DNA of 64,000 nucleotides from Nemertoderma westbladi (Eukaryota; Animalia; Xenacoelomorpha), in contig JAUCBJ010007517.1 in assembly GCA_032718475.1 (NCBI GenBank), forward strand, positions 8,679-72,678. Direction: 5' to 3'. The position numbers were made by a program, and so were the translations under genes. This document shows positions 40,116-49,754 of the stretch, in pieces (positions within the stretch are counted from its first letter, which is position 1; each line of letters opens with the position of its first letter). Under the pieces are notes generated by a model, which worked only from the letters and a program-made list of their open reading frames with translations, was not told where the DNA came from and ran no database searches.

Positions 40116-40436
40116 TATCTACGTGGCGCTAATGGTGCCCACAACCACAACCGGTACTACGTACCCTCTTACTAACTCTATCTCCATCTACGTGGCGCTA
40201 ACGGTGCCCACAACCACAACCGGTACTACGTACCCTCTTACTAACTCTACCTCCATCTACGTGGCGCTAACGGTGCCCACAACCACTCTACTACTAACTC
40301 TAACTAAAACCCTCTATCTACGTGGCGCTCGTGGTGCCCACAACCAATCTCTGCTACTACTTTCTACGTGGCGCTTCCGGTGCCCACAACCACTCTACCA
40401 CTGCTACTTTCTACGTGGCGCTTCCGGTGCCCACGA
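40116..40436. repeat. Six hairpin-forming repeats CTACGTGGCGC-N5-GTGCCCAC in the B 3' UTR
   Basis: Copies near 40119, 40188, 40257, 40318, 40364 and 40411. Confidence 0.8.
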
Positions 40437-40666
40437 CCCCCCTACTACTACTCGTGGCATGACAATATGCCACACTCCCTTACCCCGCCGCCTTCTAACT
40501 CTACTCTCCTATCTTCGAACTACTTCTTACTTCTACTAACTATTATTTTTAATTATTTAATTATTTATTATTATTTATTTTTTTTGTTTTTAATTAAATA
40601 ATTAATTTCTTGTGGGAAGGGCGTCTCGCCCTCATTCCCACCCCCCTCAGTCCAAATATTGGACGA

Positions 40667-43600
40667 CTAAACTCTAAGCTGCCCCTCGATCTTCCATCGA
40701 TTCTTCCATGAGGCACTGTCCCGCTGTCCCCCTGTGCGTCCTCTTATCTTTCCACCCACTTTCCTCGCCAATTCCAACTTATCTGGAATTGGCTCTCCCC
40801 CTTTCACCACCCCAAAATCGGGTCTCTCCACCGCCTTCTTAACTATGTCCTCTCTTGGCATCAAAATGCCATCTCTTTCTTTGTTGTCTCCCGCCGGCAG
40901 AATGAATAGAAAGTGAAAGAACAGGCAGAACAGTAGTCCTATTCCTTTCCATCCTGCCTTCCTTCTCGACTTCCCCCTTGTCGGTATGCCTCCAAACCGG
41001 ACCTGCGTCTCTTCCGGACACTCCTCTGGACACTCCTCCAGACACTCCTCTAGACACTCCTCCCGACACTCCTCCGGGCACTCCCCCGGAGTGTTGTCCT
41101 CCGGACACCTCGCCGTCCGCTCCGCTCCATCTCCATACCGATGCTTGCTGGGAAACCTACTCTCCTCTGCCCACTTTCTTACTGTCACCTCCCTATTTTG
41201 CTCTACTATCTCTTGTTTCTCCTCTACTTCCTCTGCGCCTGCGGTGCCTGGTAACATGCACCCTGATGTCTCTGTCACACTGCATGGTATCTTAGTTTTA
41301 ACTGGGCCGCTAAGCGTCCATCCGAACGGCGTGAGGATCGCCGTCGGGTCCCGCTGCCTGTCTTCGCCGAAGACCGTCTTCGTTCTCTCGTGGGCCGTCG
41401 GGCAGTCCATCCCTACTATAATGGACACCTTCCTAACGTCCACCTTTGGTATTGAGAAATCGATACCGTCCAGGAATCTATACTGCTCGACCTCAATGTT
41501 GGTTGGTCGCCTGGCGTTGATGTTTATCGATTCGATGATGTGGATGGGGTCGATCGTCGCCCCATAGTCGCATCCCGGTGCAATCGCTGCTATCCTGCAC
41601 CGCCCCGCCCTCGTCTCCAGGACCTCATCTTTACTCGAGACGGTAGTCACCGCCATTCTATTCGGCCTTGTCTTTAGCCCTATCTCTTCGGCCACCCAGT
41701 TCTCCACCAGCGTGAAGGCTGCTCCGCTGTCGACCAGCATTAATGTCGTTACTGATCGACCGCCCTCTCCTGATATCTTTACTGGTACTACCCCGAGTAG
41801 TACTTTTCTCTTCTTCTCCTCTTCTGTCGTGCTTGTGGCCATTGCCTGGCCTCCAGTCTCGGACTCTCTGACTGCTGTTTCTCTACACTCTCCGGACCTG
41901 TGTCCTTCTACCACACATCGATGACATAGTCCGTTTGCGTCTGTGTAGGCTATACGATCTTGTTTGGGCAACGCTTGCCAGTGCTTACAACTCCTGGTCT
42001 TATGTGTTCCGTCCCGATGTAATTGACATTCGAATCCTGGATTATAGCGTTCCCTGTATAGTCCCTCACGTATCGCGTCTAGGTTTATATGTACCGATTT
42101 AGTGTTTTGGTTGTCTGTATTCGGCCTACTGGGTACATTGGGATTATGTTTATTTATGGTGTTATTTTCTTTCTGTCCCCGCCACGGTGTGGCCCTGCTA
42201 CCAGCTAACTGTGGACTAGCAGTCCCCTGTGTGGCCGCATGTGGTAGTGATTGTCCCACTCCCGAGAATGGGTCTGTCGGATTATATTCGGGTTCAGGCC
42301 AGTTGTATTCGGTCTTAGGTGCCTTCCCCAAACTATCCTCGCTATAGACTGGGTCTGTTATTAGTTCGGCTTCATAGTTCAAGAAGCTCGACATCTCTTC
42401 TAGGCCCGGTTCCACACCCTTCTCTTCCCGTGTGGAGAAAGCGATTTTCCTCCACTTCCTTCGTAACCAGATCGGCAGTGCCTGCGCTATCGTGGTGATG
42501 TTGTTAGACGCGTTGAGTTCGTATGGTGCGTCCAACGTCTTTAACACGATCAGCGCCTTTTCAACTTTGTTAGCAAACGTCTTAATGCTAACGGGATTAT
42601 CCTGTAGGCCACCCGTTGTTATGCCTCTCAGGGTTTGCCTGATGATCTTGGCTGGGTGCCCGTATTCCCTGTCCAGCGCCCGCCATGCTGTCGTGAAGCC
42701 CCCTTCTATACCCTGGTATTGCCTCACGATGTCGTATGCTGGGCCTCCCGTGTATACTTGCAGATACTTTAGGCACTCCGCCTGCGTCAAATTTTTTGTT
42801 AGTATCTCGTTGCTATACATGCGCCGAAACTGAAGATATTCTTCCGGCCTACTCCCATCGAATTTGAATGGTTCCACGGGTGGTAACTCGATCCTTGTTT
42901 TTAACGCATCGATTAACGTGGCCATCCCCACTGCTTGCGCCTCTAATGGGTTCGATGGATGTTGCATGGTTTCCCTTGCTTGGTGCGGTCCACCCGTTCT
43001 ATTCTCTGCTCTCCTCTGACTTGGGTATATCATTGGGGGTAGCGGCCCCCTCCATATTTCTGTGTCACACGATTTGTTTTCGTCCAAGGGATTCGTTCTC
43101 GCTTCTATCGGGGTATATTGTTGATATTGCGATGGGGGAATGTCACCCTGTCCCCCCCCCCACCAATATGTTTGGTACTGGGGTTGATGTTAATATATTG
43201 GGGCCCATGCATTTATCCGCAATAATTCCCCCCTCCCCTGGGTATATGTTATAACCTTTGGTGCTGTAGTCATACTGCTGCACTGGTACCGGTATAGGCC
43301 TATCAGCTTCTGGCCTACCTACCGGAATGTATTCCGCGACTTCCGGGTCTAATCCCGTTGTCCGCGCTATCCTATCGCCTACGGTGCTCCTGTCAGCATG
43401 GCCTACGGTATGTGCAGTAAGGCCTGCAGTATGTCCTACAGTCTGTATGTGCTCGGAATCGAAGTTTATTCTTCTCGAATAGTCCTCCCCGCGGCTACCG
43501 TATTCTCGATCGGTAGGTACATCCCGACGGAAAGTTTCCCTTCGACCCCCTCTGCTGCTCTCTTCTTCGCGTCGGTACGTCACGTACCTCTCTCTCGGCG

Positions 43601-46572
43601 CGTAGTGCGCCTCGTCGGGTCGCGTCTCTCCGGGACGACGGCAATCTCCCGTAGTTCGACCCCACCGACTCTCTTCTTCCATCTCAATCACCGACGGCTC
43701 ACTATCCGTCCTCACTCTTCTATCGTTCGCGGCGATGCTTCTCCTATCATCTTCTCCTCTTCTTCCCTCAGTGCAGTATTCCCGCTCGTGAGATCTCTCG
43801 TTGACCTCCCGGTTAAACTCCACTGTTCTTCTTCTCTCTTCTGATCGGGCTTGACACTCCGTCCGCCCTCTCGCGGCGTCAACCTGCATCTCTCTGCTCG
43901 ATCGCCCGCCGCTGGGGACACTCGCGGTCCCCCTATTACTTTCCGTCGCCGTGTGTTGCGGTTTACCTACTTCGGCCCGCGCATTATCCGCCGACGCCTG
44001 TGGGACACTCTCTGCCCCCCCCCTCTCGTCACTAACTTCTCGCGGTGGGGTGCTCGTAGCCCCCCCCCACCCGCCACTTCTAACTTCGGTACCTCTTACT
44101 ACACTCCTGTACCCTTCTTGTGGGGCGCTCTCCGCCCCCCCCTTCTCGCCGCTAATCTCACGTGGTGGGGCGCTCGGAGCCCCCCCCCCCCACTCGCCAC
44201 ATCTAACTTCACTATTTCCTACCTCGTCTCTACACTTTTCTCCCGTCGACACAACATTTACATTGGGGCTGGGTCCGCTTACCCCCGCCCCTCTCTCCAC
44301 TTCTACCTGGCCTACCAGGCCTACTTCGGGTTGTCTCAACCCCGCCGATTCCGGCCTACTAACTACGAGGCCTACCAGGCCTACCTCGGGTTGGCCCAAC
44401 CCCGCTACTTCCGCCCTACTGACTACGTGGCCTACCAGGCTCACCCCGGGTTGACTCAACCCCGCCGTCTCCGGCCTACCCACTGCGTGGCCTACCAGGC
44501 TCACCCCGGGTTGACTCAACCCCGCCGTCTCCGGCCTACTTACTACGTGGCCTACCAGGCCCTCACCCGCCGGGCTATGTGCGTTGGACACGTCTACATT
44601 AATAATACCACTGTGATTATCCTGCGCACCAAAGCTAGAAACAATATGTTGCGTTATAACAGTATTCGGATTATTTTGTAAAATCGAATTCGGGTTATTA
44701 TTTAAATTATTTGGATCATTTTGTGAAATCGAATTCGGATTATTACTTAAATTATTTGGACTATTCTGTATAACTACATCACTAGAATTACTCTGTACGT
44801 CAATATTAGAACCGTTCTGATTTAAAATAATATTATTACTATTAGGTAACGTATTTCCTGCAATAAAAATTTGGTTAGAGTCGTCCAATACAGTATTATT
44901 AATATTAGCGTTATCTACTGTATTAGTGTTATTACCCCCCCCCGCTCGTACGATCACACCAGTTTCGTGTCCGTAGTGTGGTCCCTGTCAGTGGAGTATT
45001 AATAAACGTATCCACGGCCCCCGGCTCCTCTGAAATGTTCGAGCCTGCCCCTCTCTCAGACACTCCTGCCCGCGCCCGTTCCACCTCGCGCGCGTGTACA
45101 GCCGTATACTCTACGAATTTGTCTCGCTGTTTCTCTAACTCTATTCGGCCACTCTCCACTCTTGTTACTTTCTCCTTTGACTCTCGTTTTTCCTGCTCGA
45201 TCAATTCCAGCTCTCTCCTAATCCCCTCTCTTCTTCTCGCCTTACGCTCTTTGCGTTCACTTTCCTCTCTCGCCTCACGTTTCTCGCGTTCACTTTCCTC
45301 TCTCGCCTCTCGTTTCTCGCGTTCCGCCTCGCGTTTCTCCTCGCGTTCCCTTCGTTCCCTTCTCTCTCTCGCCTCGCGTTCCTCGCGTTCTCTCTCGCGT
45401 TCCGCCTCGCGTTTCTCGCGTTCTGCTTCGCGTTTCTCGCGTTCTGCCTCGCGTTCTCTCTCGCGTTCCCTCTCTTCCCTCAACTCTATCTCCTCACACT
45501 CCCTAAGGTTCCTCGCGGCCCTTTCGCCCCTCTCCCTCAACTCTTTAATCGACACCGTTTCCCTCTCTAGCATCACTCTCCCCTCCTCTAGCCGTCTACC
45601 TAGTTCTCTATTCGCCTCTACCACTACATTGAAACGGTGTCTAGCCTCTATCTCTCTCACCCGTCTTTCTTTTTCGGAGGATGTAACAGACTTATCGGTT
45701 GCGACGGATTCCCTCCGCCTTCCCGACCCGCTGGCTCTCCCCCCCTTTCCGGAACTCCCTCCGACCGACGAGACCGAACCCGCGGGGTCAACCTCGGGTT
45801 CGCCCTCCTCTGGTCTGTTCCAACCTACTGTCTTTATACCCCGGGCATCGATTAAGTATGGCCCTAAGTACACTACCCTAGGTTCTATACTCCCATACCG
45901 CCATGAGTCATACAGTTCCTCGGCGACCCAAGTCGCTCTCTCCTCGGCCAATCCTCTCTGCCCGAAGCGCACTAGATAATATAAATGTCTATTCGACTCA
46001 CCTAGTCCTAGGTTCAGTTTTACCTCGTCTATCCTCTTCCCTTCTCTGGCCTCCTTTATCAGTCTCCGGGTCGCGTTGTAGGCCCGTCGAAGTCGCTCGG
46101 AAACCCCGACGTCCTCGTCGCCGACCCCTCGTCCGTCTCTCCGGGTTCGACGTCGTACCGGCGGCCCCACCGTCGCCGTTCCGGTGGGCCGTGCGTCGCC
46201 CTCGGCCTGCGGTTGGCCGGCGACATCGGTGTCGACATCCCCGTCGTCTCTCCGGGTCCGGCGTCGTACCGTCGGCCCCACCGTCGCCGTCTCGGTGGGC
46301 CGTTCGTCGCCCTCGGCCTGTGGCTGGCCCGCGACGTCGGTATCGACATCCCCGCTGTGTGTCGACTCGTCTCTCTCTTCCTCGAGCCCGATCTCTCTAT
46401 CCTCCGGCTCGATCTCTGGTTCCAGGCGGTCCCCCTCTACTCGAATCCCCGGTTCGCCCGGTACGGATGGCTCCGGTGTCGTGGGCGTATATCGCCTGGT
46501 CGCGGCCTCGCGGATCGTTAGATCGTCGTCGTCCGGGGTCCGCGTGGGTGTCACTTCACCCGTCTCGCTCAT
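40667..46572 (-). CDS. Element B Gag-protease polyprotein, split by frameshifts at G homopolymers
   Basis: ORFs 44932-46572, 43143-44957 and 40667-43087 break at C9/C10 runs (44935, 43152); KFDGSRPEEY...LDREYG capsid-like region, CHRCVVEGHRSGEC, LVDSGA, TPFGW. Confidence 0.8.
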
Positions 46573-46640
46573 CTTTTGTCTGTTGGTGGCTGGTGGTATC
46601 TGAGTCTATTAGGCTAGGGCAGCAGTTGTTATTTAGTTAC

Positions 46641-47178
46641 TGTGACGGGATCATCCGGAGATGAACCCGATTTATCCTGTTTTAGTTCACGCGTCCCCGC
46701 CGTGTGAAAGAGTGTAAGTTGAGGTTACTGTTGTTCGTTATATTGTGATCTTGAGACGTGATATAGATATAGATATAGATTGATGTTATACACTGACGTT
46801 CACAGGTTGACGGGATGACGGTAACTAAAATCCCGGTACTTCCCTAATTGTAACTTACTGTACCACCAGTAACACTGAGATAACTGAGGTAATATGATTA
46901 CTGCTTACTGGTTATATCGCACGGTGGCCTTATTGCTACTCAATCGGTGCCAGCCCCCCTCTGATTGGTTGCTACCCTTGTTGGCGCCCTTTGAGGTGTT
47001 CCCGTTCACCCCAGCTATTCTCTCCCTTGTCAGGATACTAACCCCTGACCCTTATTGTGTGCTTCTCCTTCCCATTCTGTTGGGGAGACACGAGTTGGTT
47101 TGGGACCTAATCTCGTGTCCCCCAATATTGCTTATTGGCTTAACTTTGTGGAGTATTGGCGGGATTGATTCGCTAACA
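46641..47178 (-). repeat. Element B 5' LTR
   Basis: Direct repeat of 38982-39519; minus-strand CCAAT (~46965), TATAAC (46911-46916) and TCAGTT initiator-like site (~46887). Confidence 0.95.
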
Positions 47179-47704
47179 GGAAAATACCACCGCCTGACGA
47201 CCTATAGCCGTATCGCTATAGGTACTACGTTATGTATCACGGAGTGTTCCTACCTAGAAGTTAATTACCGCGGACTACCAGATCCAACGTGCCTATTAAC
47301 CACTTTACAACACAATACACTGCCTACACACCAATTACTTTCGGAAAGCACTGTACACTAAACCCTAAATTAGGTACAAGTACTTATTAAAAACAAATAA
47401 CCAGCAGTTAAATATACTTGAACAGTTAAAAGAACCACGGCATCTGCTGGAGTGACCGGTGCACAAAATCACCAGTCTTTGCCTACGCCAAGCAGCCCGT
47501 GTAGTACCGGGGTTAATTTAACTATAACGGTATGTGTAACAAGCACAATTACTGTAGGAATAAACTTGGGGACATGAATGTTGCGAATAATCGCATAAAC
47601 TCTGAATAATAAATATTACGCTACCCGTACAGAATACTCAAACAAAATACAAACCAAACGCTGGCAGACTACCACCAAGCCTAAATAAACTACAGTATGT
47701 GCAG

Positions 47705-49315
47705 TGTTCGCGGTATTTCAACTTTCCATAACGCGAGTTGAATATTTTTGTATTTATTTAAAATTGATTATTCCGATATTACTACTGGGTGCGGGACCAT
47801 GGGTTTTGGGCACATTCAAGAAACTGGGGGCGATTTATGGGCGAACTTTGGGGCAACTTACAGGGTACGGGAATAATTTCATAGTTATAAGGGCCAGGGG
47901 GGATGGAAAATGCAAGCAGTATTCAGGTTAGCCTGAGTACTATTAGGCCCTGGCCAACTTCCTGCTGCCTGTAGGGGTGGATTTGGTAATGCGCCAGGCC
48001 TAAAGGACAAGGACTGCCCTTAGCGGTCCCTGGCCAACAGCAGCCATTACGAGACTGAAAAGAACTCGGACCGCTGACTGCTTGTGTCAGGGATTTGCGA
48101 CGGGCACCGACGGCCCCTTAGTAGCCAAGCCGTTCTGGTTCTCGATGATCGTTCCCTTCGGGGTTCGTGAGGGGTGGAGCGGACACGCGAACGGGTGGCC
48201 AACTAACAACTGCCCCCTGACCTAAGCCGTACTGGTTCTCGATGACCGATCCCTTCGGGGTTCGTGAGGGGTGGGACGGACATGCGAAAGGGCTGGCCAC
48301 AGGACGGGTTTGACGAGAACTGCCCTTAGCGCTCTCTGGTCAACGGCAGCTACTACGAGACTGAAAAGAACTTGGAACGCTGACTGCTTGTACTGGGATT
48401 TGCGACGGGAACCGACGACAGACCCCTTAGCCAAGCCGTACTGGTTCTCGATGATCGTTCCCTTCGGGGTTCGTGAGGGGTGGAACGGACACGCGATGGG
48501 GTCGAAAGACAAAGGACTAGACTCGACTAGACTCTACTGGCCTACCGACTGTTCGGAGCAGTTTCTCGGCTGCCGAAGCGACTACGAGCCTGAAACGGAC
48601 TCGGAAAGCCTAGGTGGTTGGGTTTCTGTGATGAACTGACGGACCCCTAGCCAAGCCATTCTGGTTCTCGATGATCGAACCCTTCGGGGTTCGTGAGGGG
48701 TGGAACGGACACGCGAACGGGTCCACCGACACGACAGACTCCTAGCCAAGCCGTACTGGTTCTCGATGACCGAACCCTTCGGGGTTCGAGAGGGGTGGTA
48801 CGGATACGCGACAGAGTCTACCGACTGGACCGACCCTTAGCCAAGCCGTGCTGGTTCTCGATGATCGTTCCCGTCGGGGTTCGTGAGGGGTGGAACGGAC
48901 ACGCGACAGGGTCGACCGACACCGACACTACGGCACTAAGACTGGGACCGAGGGAAAATCTGGGGAACATTAGGTAGGCTAAAATTCTGAGCAAACAGTG
49001 GGTTATTAAATAATATACTGTAGGGATTTATATTATCGTGTATAATTATTGTGAATATTTGGTGTATATTGATTTGGGGAAGCCCAAAATTATTCTTAAT
49101 CAAGTTTCAATGATGTTGAACGGGTTTCAACTATAGGAAGTTACATTAAAGAGTATATCCAACTAATGCAGCTTTTTATCAACCGCAAACTTGCATCTCA
49201 GAAAATATTCCCTCCCCACAATCAATATCCGGTGACTGGCCGGGGCTCGGTGGTCTGTTAAGTCACGTCTCCAGCATCGGCGTTTTTCCCCCCTGGTGTA
49301 GGGATAACGGCAACA
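47705..49315 (+). repeat. Element C 5' LTR (1611 bp)
   Basis: TGTTCGCG...GGCAACA; its 3' 935 bp are repeated at 54162-55099. Confidence 0.9.
48112..48915 (+). ncRNA. Array of six ~85-nt structured RNA motifs (UUCG hairpin + kink-turn) in the family C LTR
   Basis: Conserved AGCCG...UCUCGAUGA-N-CGNNCCC-UUCG-GGGUUCG-N-GAGGGG...CGGA core with covarying outer stems; four units recur at 54202-54697. Confidence 0.7.
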
Positions 49316-49754
49316 AAATTAAGAATAATTCACGTGGTTAATTTTGACAGGGTGTCAAAATTAAGAATAATTACGGTCAACTTCAACTGGTGGAAGTTGA
49401 GAATCCTTCAATACTCTTCAAAAACTCTCTACGTGCTTGCCAGCACCCACTACGAGGAAACTCTGGTATTTGAGTTGAGACAAAGTCGTGGTTTAATTAA
49501 TCAGCAAACTCGATCTAACCAACTCGTAGTCGGCAGATCACATATTTGGAGAGTTGTTAACAGGGAATGGAAGTATCGATCACACCCATTGATATAATTC
49601 AAGTTGAGCCAGGAATCTGGCACGTCGAAGTTGAGGTACAAGGAACGAACGTTGGACGATTCAGGATTACTGTTCGGGTGGTCCAAGCTGAGTACAATAC
49701 CTACGAGGAACTGTTTTACGACATCGCGTATCTAGCCATCGACGAGGCGTTACA

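Larger units (their letters stand above)
38982..47178 (-). mobile_element. Non-autonomous BEL/Pao-derived LTR element B (Gag+protease, no RT/RH/IN)
   Basis: 538-bp TG...CA LTRs; TSD GGAAA at 38977-38981 and 47179-47183; empty site in A1 at ~11000; PPT GGGGGGGAG at 39520-39528. Confidence 0.95.

Noticed and set aside
43140-44960. Programmed frameshifting in element B
   Set aside because: Both breaks fall in 9-10 nt G/C homopolymers, best explained by slippage or sequencing indels.
43398-46664. Long plus-strand ORFs (276, 333, 253 aa) antisense to element B gag
   Set aside because: Shadows of GC-rich, repetitive coding sequence; the same applies to the antisense ORFs over A and C gag-pol.
48118-48195. 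Resemblance of the motif to hammerhead (GAUGA), group II intron domain V (AGCCGUA) or U6 snRNA (UUAGC...GACACGC)
   Set aside because: No CUGANGA/GAAA core, the AGC is not paired as in domain V, and the U6-like words are too short to support homology.
48112-48915. CRISPR-like repeat-spacer array
   Set aside because: Units are ~85 nt, spacers are irregular and partly homologous, there are no cas genes, and it lies inside a eukaryotic LTR.
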